A DNA stretch of 64,000 bases from contig NC_057718.1 in the NCBI RefSeq assembly GCF_004010195.1, positions 100,344,425-100,408,424 of the forward strand. Reading direction: 5' to 3'. Positions 1 to 13,539 of this stretch are shown piece by piece. Each line of letters starts with the position of its first letter. Within the stretch, counting starts at the first letter, position 1. The position numbers and the translations under genes are program-made. Source of the stretch: Chiloscyllium plagiosum. Taxonomy: Eukaryota. A model generated the notes under the pieces. That model ran no database searches. It was not told where the DNA came from and was given only the letters and a program-made list of their open reading frames with translations.

Positions 1-435
1 CGGCGGTGGAGGTGGCCCAGCACCTCCATATCCTCGGCAGAGTGGGAGGGGGAGTTGAAATTTTGGGCCACGGGGCGGTTTGGTTGATTGGTGCGGGTGT
101 CTCTGAGATGTTCCCTAAAGCGCTCTGCTAGGAGGCGTCCAGTCTCCCCAATGTAGAGGAGACCGCATCGGGAGCAACGGATACAATAGATGATATTAGT
201 GGATGTGCAGGTAAAACTTTGATGGATGTGGAAGGCTCCTTTAGGGCCTTGGATGGAGGTGAGGGAGGAGGTGTGTGCACAGGTTTTACAGTCCACCCTC
301 CTCTAGCTTATCTCTCCACGCTTCAGGCTCTCTGCCTTTATTCCTGATGAAGGGCTTTTGCCCGAAACGTCGATTTTGCCTGTCCTCGGATGCTGCCTGA
401 ATTGCTGTGCTCTTCCAGCACCACTGATCCAGAAT
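1..435. mobile_element. Penelope-like element (Neptune-type) fragment: GIY-YIG endonuclease on the - strand (1-~290) joined to an inverted terminal repeat with hammerhead motif (+, ~292-435)
   Basis: The minus strand reads CKTCAHTSSLTSIQGPKGAFHIHQSFTCTSTNIIYCIRCSRCGLLYIGETGRLLAERFREH. CTGATGA-agggcttttgccc-GAAACGTC at 344-371. Confidence 0.85.
340..375 (+). ncRNA. Minimal type I hammerhead ribozyme motif (PLE family 1)
   Basis: CUGAUGA (344-350), stem II GGGC/UUUU/GCCC, GAAA (364-367), palindromic ACGU stem III, GUC triplet. Stem I is short and imperfect. Confidence 0.65.
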
Positions 436-749
436 AAAGGGTTGAATGGCCTCCTTCTATCTACAGCTGTCATCAAATATGATTAGGTGTTAGGTTCCTT
501 TGTCTTCTCCCTGCAGTTCCTTGTTTGCATTTTACTTCCCCCTTTCTTTCTTGTAACAACTTAGTTCCCTCACCATTCAATATTTGTGACAACCACAAAT
601 GGATTTCAATGTCAATGAATTATTACAACAGAGAATGGGAACATTTGGCCCATTGCGTAAGTGCTGGCTCTCCGAATAAGCCTCTCACTTAATTCCATTT
701 GCCAGTTTTCTCTCCATAATTCTGAACTATCTTCGTATTCAGGTAATTT

Positions 750-1074
750 GGGCGGCACGGTGGCACAGTGGTTAGCACTGCTGCCTCACAGCGCCAGAGA
801 CCCGGGTTCAATTCCCGCCTCAGGCGACTGACTGTGTGGAGTTTGCACGTTCTCCCCGTGTCTGCGTGGGTTTCCTCCGGGTGCTCCGGTTTCCTCCCAC
901 AGTCCAAAGATGTGCAGGTCAGGTGAATTGGCCATGCGAAATTGCCCGTAGTGTTAGGTAAAGGGGTAAATATAGGGGAATGGGTGGGTTGCGCTTCGGC
1001 AGGTCGGTGTGGACTTGTTGGGCCGAAGGGCCTGTTTCCACACTGTAAGTCTAATCTAATCTAATCTAATCTAA
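750..1074 (+). mobile_element. tRNA-derived V-SINE (HE1-like), full length and young
   Basis: A box TGGCACAGTGG, B box GGTTCAATTCC, V-domain gtgtggagtttgcacgttctccccgtgtctgcgtgggtttcctccggg, CR1-like tail ending (TAATC)n. Confidence 0.9.
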
Positions 1075-2082
1075 TGATCCAATTTCCTCTTGATAATCTC
1101 AACTGAACATGCCTCCTCCATACTCTCAGGCAGTTCATTCCATATTCTTAATTGTTCACTCAGTGAAAATGTTTTCACCATTGCTTTTTTTGCCTATTAT
1201 CTTATCCTCTGCTTCTCAATCCTTCCACCAACAAGAACCATTTCTCCCTGACTACTCTGTCCAGACCCCTCGTGATTTGAACACCTCTATCAGATCTCAT
1301 CTCAACTATGTTCAAGGAAAATTGTTGCAAACTCTCCAATATACCCACTTGACTGGAGTCTTTTCCAGGGGCTTTAAGAACCTTTTTTCAAGACATGACA
1401 GTGCCTTTAATTGATAGTTTCTCTTTGAGTTGCCTGGAAATCTGGATTCTTCAAGTTCAGTGGGCTCCCTGTGTAGATTCAGCTTGGCACCTGGAGCTTT
1501 GTTGAATGTACTGACCTGGGAGCGTTGAGTACAAATTGCAGAACATCCTCTTTAAAAAGAGGCTGCATTGGAAAAATTTAGGTTTTAGGCCAAGTGAGAT
1601 GGTTGCTGCGTTAGTGAATGTACAGTGCAATGGAACAACAGCAACTTTCATTTATATAGCACCTCCAAACTCGATATATCAGGATGTCTCATGGGGTTAT
1701 ATGCTGCTGAAGTGCTTTTTGAAGTATGGTCTCAGCTGTAACAGGAGAGGTCAATTTGTCAATTACAGTTTCCCCAAACTGCAATTTGACAATGATCTGG
1801 CAGTCTGTTATCAGGCTGTTCATTGAGGGATAAAAATGTTCTCTTTTCCCCTTTCTATTTCTCTCCCAACCCAAAAGGTTATACTGCAATGCCACTAAAT
1901 CTTTTGATCATGGATTTCTACACATTTGGTGTACAGGTGTGCCCATTGCTTGGGCAGACGATAAATTCTTGGATATAAAACGCTTGCTGCAGGAATGGCT
2001 CATGCTTTGCGCAACTACATTGTGTAGTTGGTACTACTTTGAAAACTATACATTTTAATGATGTCTTTGATTTGTTTTGCAG

Positions 2083-2207
2083 GCAACCTTGACAAACACA
2101 TTCAGCTTGAGCGTTTAGTCGCCCAGTTTTTGGGTGTAGAGGCAGCAATGACGTTCGGGATGGGCTTTGCAACCAATTCAATGAACATCCCAGCTCTAGT
2201 TGGGAAG
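2083..2207 (+). CDS. SPTLC3: SPTLC3 internal coding exon (first in window, 125 nt): (G)[41 protein letters not shown]
   Basis: Acceptor tttgttttgcag (AG 2081-2082), donor GTGAGC at 2208. The peptide matches the SPTLC2/3 [17 protein letters not shown] motif. Confidence 0.95.
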
Positions 2208-3679
2208 GTGAGCTGTTGCTTGTTATATGCTGGTCCACATCTACTTCTGCACTCTAAATTTTCTGGAGATTAGAAGAATGAGAGGCATTCTCAATGGAGC
2301 ACAGAAGTTCCGGAAGGGGCTCTTTGGGGTAGACACTGACAGATTATTTCCCCTAGCTAGACAATCGAAAACAAAGGAGTGCAGTCTCAGAAAAAGGTAA
2401 AAAAAAAATCTTCACTCTTACTTTTCACAGTGAGTCTTTGGAGTTCTCTGCCCCAGAGGTTTGTGGAGTCTCCACTGTTGAATAAATTTAAAATTGGAAT
2501 ATATGAATTTGTGTCTCAGGGAATTCAGGGATATGAGAGATGGATAGAGTTGAAGCCCAAGAATAGCTATGATCAGTGTTCCCCTTAGGCTAAGCTCGTG
2601 CACTGTTATAAATGCATCTTCCCTAGAGACAGTAGACGATTAACCTGTTTTTAGGCCAAGATCCAATGTAAAGAAAAAGAGAAATGGAATCTGTCATCAT
2701 GAATATTGCAATTAATTTACAGCCAGCCCCCCCCCCAAGGAGAATTATGCTAACTCCACTACAAAATAATTGAAGATGCATAGTTAGGTTCAATGGCACT
2801 AATTTACAGTTAATGAGTCAGGTCTGCTTAATAATTTGACTCTCAAATCAGATACAGTGATTACCTCCAAACGTGATACATCTAAAAGGCCAGAAAGAGA
2901 GAGAGAAAGAAATTCTTTGATTTGTAGTAGGATTTGGAAGCAGGGGGGTAGTTCCTAATCTAGAATGTGACCACAGCAGCCACTTTAATGCACTCTGGAT
3001 TTGGAGGTGTGTAATGCTGAGAAAATTCAGTGTCGTGTAACTCTGCTGCAGAAAAGAATGAATGTCAGTCATAGCTCAGTCAGCACACACTCCCTGTGCA
3101 AGATTCCCAGTTCAAGTTCCTCTTCAGGGCTCGAGTACAAAAATTGTGATTTCATTGCAGCGCTTAGAGGGTTCTGCGCTTTTGGAGAAAATGTTTACCG
3201 AGTTCCCTCAGGTAAAAGATCCTGTGGTAATTTATCCTCTAGGGAGTTGAGGGTTGAAGAATGTCAGGCATGAAAGTTAAGGCTGCAATCAGATCAGCAG
3301 TGATCTTGTTGAATTGTAGAGCAGGCTTGATAGGCTGAACGACCTATTCCTGCCAATATTTCTGATCTTGTGAACCACGATATGCGCAGGAAAAAAAAAG
3401 TGAAAGGCAATGAATAAATAAAATGAATGTCCAGAATTACCTCTCCATCACATCTCTTAAGCCTTCCCTACACTCTAAATTGTCAGACAGCTTATCCGCT
3501 ATCCAGGTCTCCTCTCCAAAATCCTTTTCCTCATTACTGACTATTTACCCCTCCCTGGCAAAATGTGATATTAAGCCATTCCATTCACAACCTTGGTGTT
3601 ACCTTTGACCCTGAGGTGAGATACCAACTTCAATTTTGCACCAGCGCTAAGATCACTTTTTAAAATTTCTTTTACTGGA

Positions 3680-4000
3680 AGTGGTAGTCACTCGTAAGGC
3701 CAGCATTTGCCATCCTTCCCTAATTGCCCTTGAACTTAATGGCTTGCTCGGTCATTTGAGGGCCTTTAAGAATTAACCACATTGCTATTGGTCTGGAGTC
3801 CCATGTAAACCAGAAAGGGTGAGGAAGGCAGATTTCCTTCCCTAAAGGACATTGGTGAATCAGATGTTTTCTTACAACAAACATTGGTTACGTGATCGCC
3901 ATTAGACTAGCCTTTAATTTCAGATTTTTTCATCTGACATGGTAGGATTTGAACCCAGGTACAGAGTTCCAGATTATTAGACCAGTGACATTACTACTAT
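3680..4000 (-). mobile_element. tRNA-derived SINE sharing its 3' tail with a CR1/L2-group LINE; related copy at ~9490-9750
   Basis: B box GGTTCAAATCC on the - strand near 3945-3960. The tail motif ggccagcattt..cccatccctaattgcccttga is also seen at LINE fragment ends. Confidence 0.55.
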
Positions 4001-5349
4001 GTTTACCCCAATCCATACAATCTCCCAGCTTCATCTCTGTTTCAGCTCATCTAAAAAGGCCATTCGTGCTATTGTTACCTCTCGACAATATTTTTGCAGT
4101 GGCTGATCTCCCACATTCTGCCCATAAATTTGATCTCATCTAAAACACTTACACCCCACGTTCCATTCCCCTATTAAGTGTGCTCACTGGCTTACACCGG
4201 CTCCCTGTTAAGCAGGACATTGATTTTTAAGTTCATAGCCATGTTTCTAATTTCCTTTGTGAACCCATCCATCTCTAATTCTGTAACATATTTCAATCCA
4301 CAACCTTCTGAGATCTCCTCTAATTCTGACCATTCAAGCATCCCTGATTTTAATCACTTTGCTATTGGCTGGTGTGCCTTCAGTTACTCAGACACTAGGT
4401 TTTGGAGTTCCCTCCCTTAACCTCTGCTTCGCTATCTCATTTTTCTCCTTTTTGACAGTTCTCATTGACAGATTTTGGCCAGCTACCCTAATATCACCTT
4501 ATAAGATTGGTGTCGTACTGCCATTTTATAATGGTCCAGTGAAGCATCTTTGGATGCTTTACTTCTTAAAAATGTTTGATAAATGTATACTGTTGTTGTT
4601 GTCGTCATTAATCAATTTGATGAAACTCTCAGCATAATTGGTCAATTTTATTTTGAAAGGAACACCATTGAAATGATGATTTTCCTGCAGGGAGACGTTG
4701 CAATTCGTATGAAAACTCCAAAACTGCCACTGAAATACCTAAAAGAAGACGATACAAATAGTTGAGCTGGCCTCTGATAAAGAGAAGTTAATATTAAATC
4801 CGTACTTCATTCCTCTCTAAAGCAGTCATGTCTCTTGGGACGCATTGACAAACACAAACAACAGCTCCACTGGAAATTTTCCCTGCCCAGCCAGTGAAAA
4901 CATAACAGCACAAAAATCAGTGAACATTTAAGGTCTCTGCCATCCTTTACTTTGATGCCAAATCACCCAGCCACAACCCATCAAATCTTGATATGTTGTC
5001 ATCAAAGGAAGATAGCTTTATCTATTTTGGGTTTACTCGCTGCGCACATTGAACTCTCCAAAAGCAGGTGCAGAACAGGCAAAAGGCCTGATAATAGCTC
5101 TGTCTACTCTGCAGAGTATTCACCCGTAGGAGGACCTTGCCTATTGGATGGAGAATCACACCCCTCGTTCTCTGTTGTGGAACCTGCTGTCCATGTGACC
5201 CAAATCAACGGAATAAAAGAATCCTCTGAGTAATCAGTTTGAGGCAGCTTATCCTTCCAGTTGTTAACACTAAACAGCTTTCGATTCACCTGCTCCCCAT
5301 TGACTATTCTCATCATCGCTCAATATGCAATTTTTTAAAACATTAATTT

Positions 5350-5985
5350 ATAAGGTGAGGCCATCGCTGTCAAGGTCAGCATTTATCCCCAACCCTAATT
5401 GTCCTCAAGAATATAATGGTACACTGACTTCTTGAACTGTTGCAGTTCATGTGGTGTGGGTACACTGACAGTGCTGACAGGGAGAGAATTTCAGGATTTT
5501 GACTGTGACAGTGGTATGTGGCTTAGAGGGGAACTTGCAGGTGGTGGTGTTCCCATGTATCTAATGCCCCTTGTCCTTCTGGTTGGTTGCAATCATGAGT
5601 TTGGAAGGTGCTGTCTAAGGAGCCTTGGTGAATTGCTTCAATGTGCCTTGAATAAGGTATACACTGCTGCTACTGTGTCAGTAGTGGGGGAGCGAATGTT
5701 TGTGGATGTGGTGGTGATCAACCGGCTGCTTGGTCCTGAATTATATTGCGCTTCCTTGAATGTTGTTGGAGTTGCACTCATCCAGGCAAGTGTGGAGCTT
5801 CCATCACATTTAAGAGTTGTGCCTTGTAGATGATGAACAAACATTGAGGAGACAGCTGCTATCACAGGATTCCCAAACTCTGACCAGTTCTTATTGCCAT
5901 GGTATTTCTATGGTTCATTTCTGTTTGTGTGACCCCCGTATTGTTGATGATGGAGCGGTTCAGCAATGGTAATGCCATTGAGCGT
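5350..5985 (-). mobile_element. Degenerate CR1/L2-group LINE 3' fragment; related pieces at ~10855-11170 (+), ~46135-46445 (-), ~55190-55720 (-), ~57225-57355 (-)
   Basis: RT C-terminal-like peptides LAWMSATPTT / PLVWISATPTTLELDTIQDKTAHLI in ORFs 5638..5865 and 10942..11190. Confidence 0.65.
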
Positions 5986-6069
5986 AAGAAATTGGAATTT
6001 AGTCAAGAAGAAATGGGGTATTGCTAATGTTTGCCTCATCAAGAATAGAGAAAGGTTATCATTATCATC

Positions 6070-6860
6070 AGAGTCATTCAGGACAGAAACTGACCCTTTG
6101 GTCCAACTAGTCTATGCTGACCACAATCCCAAACTAAACTAGTCCCATCTGCCTGTGCTTGGCTCATGTCTCTCCAAACCTTGCTTATTTGTATACTTTT
6201 CTAAATGTCTTTAAAATGTTATAAATGTACCTGCATTCATCACTTTCTCTGGAAGTTCATTCCACACACAAACCACTGTTCAAAAAAAAGTTGCAGTTCT
6301 TGTCTTTTTTAAATCTTTCTCCTCTCATCTTAAAAATATGCCCCTAGTCTTAAAATTCCCCACCCTTGGGAAAAGGCACCCACCATTTGCCTTATCTATA
6401 CCCCTCGTGATTTTATAAACCTCTATATGGTCACCTCTTAACTTCCTACGCTCCAATGGAAAATGTACCAGTCCATCCAACCTCTCCTTATAACCCAAAT
6501 CCTCCATTCCCAGCAATATTCTGTTAAATCTCTTCTGAACCCTCTCCTTAATAATATCCTTTCTATAACAGAGAGACCAGAACTGAACACAGTACACCGA
6601 GAAGAGGACACCCCAACATCCCGTACAACTTCAATGTAATATCCCAGCTCCTATACTCAAAGTCACAAAGACAAGCGTGCTAAACACCTTCTTAACCACC
6701 CTATCTATATGTGATGCAGATTTCAAAGAATTATGTATCTGAACCTCGAGCTGTCTCTATTCTACAACACTACCCGAGGCCCTGCTTTTAATTGTATAAG
6801 TCTTGCCTTTGTTTATTTTACCAAAATACAATACCTCACATTTATCCAAATTAAACTCCT
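6070..6860 (-). mobile_element. CR1-type LINE 3' fragment
   Basis: ORF 6325..6597 reads YCVQFWS..RVQKRF..LERRKLRGD.IEVYKI, the CR1 ORF2 C-terminus. Confidence 0.85.
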
Positions 6861-7223
6861 CAGTTTGAATCACATTAACATTAATCTTCGAATATAGTAT
6901 TCAAGCCCCTACATGCTTCATAATCACTGAAAAACCAAAGTTTCCAGTATTTCACAAATTATATGATAAGGAACCAAGGAGGATTAAGATTATTTAATTT
7001 TTGAAAATCATTTCTGTCTTGAATATATCACTCATGAATGTTCAGAACTTTATGTATTTTCAATTCTACTTAACCAGCAAAGATTCGTGGAGAAGACAGA
7101 AATCGTTTTTGTCCAAATCTAAAATTTGTACATTGTTTTAAAATTGCTGCAGTCGCACAGAAGTGAAGCAGTCAATTGATTAAGCTCCAGGATGTTACAC
7201 CTTTTCAATGTCTTTCTATGCAG

Positions 7224-7317
7224 GGCTGCCTCATTCTGAGCGATGAGTTGAACCACACATCTCTTATCCTGGGTGCTCGTTTGTCGGGAGCTATCATCCG
7301 AGTATTTAAACACAACA
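7224..7317 (+). CDS. SPTLC3: SPTLC3 coding exon (94 nt): [31 protein letters not shown]
   Basis: Acceptor tctttctatgcag, donor GTGAGT at 7318. Contains the SDELNH motif and is in phase with both flanking exons. NHT is the SPTLC3-type residue. Confidence 0.95.
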
Positions 7318-10300
7318 GTGAGTACTGGCATTGCGTCAGTCTTTACACCTGATACATCTGACTGAACCTGCGATGAAAGAATTACCTTATGAGGAAAGGT
7401 TGACAGTTTGGGCCTGAATCAATTTGAGTTTAGAAGAATTAGAGGTAATCTTTATTGAGGCGCTGAAGATCCTGATGAGTCTTGACAGGGTGTACTGAGA
7501 TGATGTTTCCACTTGTGGATACAATTTAAAACTAAATCATCACCAATTTAAGGTGGAAATTGAGAAATTTCCATGGGTCATGAGTGTGTGGAATTTTCTT
7601 TAACCCACCAGGGAACAGTGGAGATGGGCCGTTGAATGTTTTCATGGCAGAGGTTGACAAACCAACAAGTCCAAGGTTATCAAGGGTGTGCAAGAAGGTG
7701 GATTTGAGACCATCTTCAGATTAACCGTAATCTTACTGAGTGACAGAGGTTGCTTGAGGGGCCAAACGGCCTATTTCTGCTCCCAATTCCCATGTTGTTG
7801 TGAAAATACAGAGGTTTGATTTTGGTTTGTAGGGAATCAATGAACTTCAAAATCAAGGGCATGGTGAAGTGATTATAATTTCAAGAATTAGTTATTTTTA
7901 AATTATCAGTGTTACAGGTCAAGTATCTTTAAACATTGTTCAGCTTCACGTGGGCTTGGGTTAGATTTATGGCTTGCATAGAATCATGGAATTCAGCCTA
8001 TCATGCTTGTATTGAGTTGTCCAGTTAGGTCTGTGACTCTATTTTTTTCCATCATCCTGTAATTCTTCTTTTTCTCCCTTTGACTATTTATCTGAATCTC
8101 TGTTGACTTTCTGTGGATCTGGTTTCACCATCTATTCAGTCAACTCATTTCAGATCACATCAATTCACTTTGAAAACACAAAGCTTTTTCCTCAACTTGC
8201 GCCAGGTATTTAGGTCCATCGCTTTAAATGTATCTCTTTTAGTTACTAATCCCTCTTTCACAAGGAAAACTTTGACAATAATTACCTTATCAAAAGGAAT
8301 GATATTCCACATCTCTTCATGTCACCCCCGCCTCCCCTGCACCACTACCAAACCCCCTCAACGGGATGTCAATGACCAGGACAAGCTGCATGGCTGATGT
8401 CACTATACTGAAGATGAGGTGGAGATTAGGATTGGCATTGTGGAAGTTCCCATTTATGGCAGTATCTATTGGAGTAGGTCCACCCAACTGCTACTGAATC
8501 ACTGTCTCCTACTGCTGCACTTCCTTGGGAGTGGCCAAATGAGTACTACTGAAGAAGCTTAGGAAAGAACAAGGCTCTCTGTCAGACTGTAGAAAATTAT
8601 AAATGGAAAATGGCCAGTGTTGTTGTGGGAGAGAGCAAGTAAGTGGCATCGCCCTCTGACTCCAGTGTCCTGAGGACAAAGTTGGGGTGGTGTTTAAAGG
8701 AGGTGTCAGTGCCCCTGTGGGGAGGATGGTAACTTGATGTCACTAAGATCCCTGAAGCAACAGCATATAGTCACCGATTAGTCCTTCAAGTGGTTCTGAT
8801 TTGCTACCCAGTGCTGCCTTCAAGCAGCCTTTTCTGGCAAGGATGCTTGGAAAGGGAAACACATTGGAGAGCCAATCCCAAAGAAAGTCACTGGGTACCA
8901 CAGGATGCATAAGTACTTGGGTAATTCTAAAAAGGTGCAAGATTCAAACAATATTCACATTCTTTATTATCATGCCATTTGTTTACGTGAATGAAAATTG
9001 AGTTGCATTCCAGCCTTTGTGGAGTTGTTGAGCAACTCTGTAAATTTTTAATCAAGTTAAGGCATGCACTTGCAGCATTGCCAAGTCATTTGCCAGTGAG
9101 GGATGGGGATTCCTCCTGCAGTCTTTCCTAAAGTTGTCTTTAGCTGATTGTAGAGCCGGTGTGATAGTATACATCCTTGGGATCCCATTTCAAACATGCA
9201 GACATGCAAACAGAGGTTCCAAAGCCAGGCGATAGATTGTAACCCGGAGCGCTGAACTTGTGAAAATCTATTGAACAAATAATAAAGAGCAGCCATCTAT
9301 GGGAATGAATATGTTGAAGTCTTGCATCATAATGGTATCTGTTATAGATGAGTTATTAGACAGGCTGATGTGAGGTTCATAGGCAACTTTAAACCTTCAT
9401 TTTGGGTCTGCACAAGATAGAAACAAATTGCAAAGAATGAAGGAAAGCAAATCCCATAAAAGTTTCATTTTTCTATATTTCATTGAATGTGAGTTCTAAT
9501 AGCAAGGCCAGCATTTGTTGCCCATCTCTAATTCCCCTTGAACTGAGTGACTTGCTAGGCCATTTCAGAGGGCTATTAAGAGTCAACCATGCTGCTGTGG
9601 GTCTAGACTGACATGTAGACCAGATCAGGTAAGGATGTTAGTGGGGTTTTTAAGTGAGTCACAGTCACCATCAGCCTTATATTCCAGAATTATTAATTAA
9701 ATTTCCACCAACTACTGGGTTGTTATTCAGTGACACTACCACTATATCACCATCTTCACATGCTTAAGGCATCACTGTTCACATGAATAATATAGTTAAC
9801 ATCAATTGAGAGATTCATTCCAATTTTCCAACATTCCCTCTTTGGGATTAATGGGATTGCTGCTCAAAAGTAGTGGGGTCTAATATAATGGGCTAAATGT
9901 CCTCCTCTCTGTCTTATACATTCTCTTGATTCTATGGTGTTTACTCGCAGATTTGAAGATATTTTTTAATTTGGTTGCCATGCCAGTCTTGAACACAAAT
10001 CAGCAGTGCAGGTCCATCACAATCCCGCTGGCTACTGTGGTATATCATTTTGTGCTGCTACATTACTTCTGTAGTTGGTGTTTTTGTTACTATGGAGGCC
10101 ACCTGGAGTAGTATATCAACTGGTTGGCCAAATTAATGATTATATAACCAGGCTAACTTTGCAGGGATCTAAGAATGGAAACGTGCATGTCTGATTTGTT
10201 TTTTTTTCAAAACCCTGAAACTACTATCTTTTCTTTTATTACTGTTTTGGTTGCTCCTTCCTAACACAATCTTTCGAGTTATGGCTATTCATTTTAAATA

Positions 10301-11635
10301 AAACCAGCTTTCTTTTTGGATTCTCTTATTTGTCCTTTAGTCAAATTTAGATAGTCACTGGCATGGGCCTCATTGCTTTGCCAACAAGCAAAGTAATATA
10401 TCTGGGTTGTTCATTTATAATTACAGAAACAGCTTAGACAACAATAACTACTTACTTACACAACACCCCTAACATAGCAAACTGCCTGTAAAAACATCTC
10501 AAAAGTTATTAAGCAAACTTTGACACTTCCAGATACTAGGGCAGGTGACCAAACATTTGTTTAAAGAAAAAGGTAGAGAGGTGGGAGGTTTAGAAAGGAC
10601 ATGCCAGAGCTTGGGACCAAGTTTTTGATCAATTGTCCTTGTGTGGTTCAATCAAATTTGGTTATAGAAGCCCCTGTGAAATATTTTCCTATGCTGAATT
10701 ATCAGTGTAACGTGGGAGTGTTGTCAATTTTGTGTAAAACATAAGCACAGCAACCTGTGCTCAGATGAACAGAACATGCTATTACCATCCTGGGGGTTAT
10801 GATTGACCTAGATATTGAAATAGAACCTGCCATATAATTTGTGGCTATAACAGTAGGTCAAAGGCGAGGAATTATGCGCTTTGACTCACCTTTTGACTCC
10901 CCAAAGTATGTCCCACCATCTACAATATACAAGACAGGTACATGATGGAATGCGTCCCACTTGTCTGGATAAGTGCAACTCCAACAACACTTGAGCTTGA
11001 CACCATCCAGGATAAAACAGCTCACTTGATTTGCTCCCCATCCACCATCTTCAATGTTCACTTCCTTCACCATCAGCACACAATGGCAGTGATATATACC
11101 AAATATATAACCCTCTGCAGCAACTCTCCAAAGCTCTTTCAACAACACCTTTCAAATCCACAGCCTCTAGTTCTCACTATGGGATTGTAAAGTGCAACAT
11201 TTCAGACAGTTTTAAAATAGTTTTTGCTAACTAAAGAGTCAGCCAGGGTGGAGGAAAAGGGTTGGTTACTTGAGTTATGTCAGAGTAGTCTGATTTTAAT
11301 GCTTTGCTGAATTATAACTGGAAACTAATACTCTGAGGTTGTTTATTGTATAAGGATCTGAAAGGTTTAATACTGAGGAGTGCCAGAAGCACCAGTCATT
11401 CTGATGCCACATGAACACTGGGCAGAGCAGTTTAGGATCCTAAAGGAATGAGACCTAACATCTAGCTCCTCCTCGATCTCTGTAACAATGTCTATCTCAG
11501 TGCTGTAACTAGTTGCTAATGTGCAATCAGTTATGTCTCAGCGATAAAAGCCTATTACAGATAATGGTTTTCCTCAACCACATTGGATCCCTATACCAAG
11601 ATGGTGGCAGCAAACTTACCACATAGTGGGGTGCA

Positions 11636-11811
11636 AATGTGTTGCTGGAAAAGCGCAGCAGGTCAAGCAGCATCCAGGGAACAGGAGAATCGACATTTCG
11701 GGCATAAGCCCGAAACGTCGATTCTCCTGTTCCCTGGATGCTGCCTGACCTGCGCTTTTCCAGCAACACATTTTCAGCTCTGATCTCCAGCATCTGCAGA
11801 CCTGACTTTCT
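11636..11811. mobile_element. Short palindromic PLE-terminus insertion with 17-bp TSD
   Basis: CCACATAGTGGGGTGCA is duplicated at 11619-11635 and 11812-11828. The internal inverted repeat is centred on ttcgggcataagcccgaaa. Confidence 0.85.
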
Positions 11812-13539
11812 CCACATAGTGGGGTGCAGACTTGGTTTAGTTTTATAACAATTTGGTGACTGTATTCCTTTCCACCAACCTCCAATGCTACTTCTGTAAG
11901 TCATAAAGAATAGAACAAATAAAAAAAAATAGTTTTTTATCATATGTGCAAGCTTTCTTGGAAGTATGTTATTGCTTTGGTCTCTGCTCGAAAATGATTT
12001 AGTTAACATAGTACTGGGGCAGTGACATGTACGCAAACTTTTCAGACAGTATTAGCTATAATCTAAGCAGAAAATGAATCATTTGTTCTGTACTCACTGA
12101 CCATTTGAGAGAGCAATCTAATTGTAGATCCAGTGCAAGTTCAGCCAGTCTCCTGGCCTAACCACAAACTGGTACATAATTCCAAATGCCAGATTTAGTG
12201 GTCGCTTGTTGTCTTTCCCCATTGCATAACACCATTACTGAGTGCTGACTTCATTCCTGATTTCACTGCACAATTAAAAGAGAACATAATGAGAATTTCA
12301 AGAAATTTCAGGATTAAGTCCTTTCCTTTTAAAGGGATGGGAATGTGGTAGTTTAGTGTGTTCATCAAGACTTTGACTTTTCTGGCATTTGTATTTTAGT
12401 ATTATGTGTAAACAGTTCAATTAATAAATCCAGATTATGTAGCTGAATCTGAAATTCTACCTTCTATGAAGACCTTATTTATTTGCCAGTTGTCAACAAC
12501 AGAGGACTGTAAAGTTTAACATTGTGCTGGCACTGCACTTTATAATTGTAAGGTGTGTTCACACCTCAGTGTTTGTCAATCCACCATGAACACATCAAAG
12601 GAATTGATTACCTTTCCATAATGTAGCCACAGACTGACTCACTGATTCTGGTTCATTTTGCAGCCTATTAAATTCTGTATGCCACACTGTTGTGTAATAC
12701 TTAAATGAGGCATGCCCGGAAATAGATGTGCAAGAAGCATTGCCACTGTTCTCAATTCGCTTTGTGTAGCTACCCATTTCCTCCAAGTTCTCAGCACTGA
12801 TTCTTGATTTCAATTGCTTCACTGTTGGAGTGCAATAGATGAGTGCCTTCAACTGCCTGAGCCCCCAAATTGAATTCTGTTCCTAAACATGACTGAGTAA
12901 GGGAGTTAAGGAGAGTATTAGGTTGAAAGAAAAAGCATATAACGAGGCCAAAGTCAGGGCGAGCCCTGAAGGCTGGGTGAAATTCAGAATCCAGCAAAGG
13001 AGGATTGAAAAGCTAATAAAGAAAAAACCTATGTGGGCAAATGAGCAGCAATATAGAGGCTGATGAGAGTTTTCTTAAAAAAGAAGCAGGAGGTCAAAGT
13101 GAACGTAATCCCTTGGAAAATGAATCTGCTTGTTTTGGGGAACAAGGAAATGGCAGAGGAGTTGAACACATATTTTGCATCAGTCATTAAAGAGGAGGAT
13201 ACTTGAAGCATTTCCATTAATACCAAAGAATACAAGGAAGGAATTAGCTACCATCACTAGAGAAGTAGTATTAGACAAATTAAGGAGGCTAAATAACATA
13301 AGACTATAAGATATTGGAGCAAATTTAGATCCATTGAGTCTGACATCATTCATTCATTCATTCATGGCTAGCACTAAGTTCTCCTGCCTTCTCGAGTAAC
13401 CCTTAATCTCTTTGCTAATCAAGAACACTCTTAAATACACTCAATGACTCCATAGCCTTCTGCATCAATGAGCTGGAGCTCCACAGATTCACCATCCTCT
13501 GGCTGAAGAAATTCCTCCTTATCTCCGTTCAAAAAACGC

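Noticed and set aside
750..830. tRNA gene-like A and B boxes
   Set aside because: These are SINE heads that continue into the V-domain and LINE tail, with no complete cloverleaf.
689..907. Recurring ORF MDCGRKPEHPEETHADTGRTCKLHT (also 38019, 62494, 63631)
   Set aside because: Antisense translation of the V-SINE, not a gene family.
11527..12036. 169-aa ORF and similar MCCWKSAAGQAASREQE peptides on both strands
   Set aside because: An artefact of the palindromic PLE-terminus insert.
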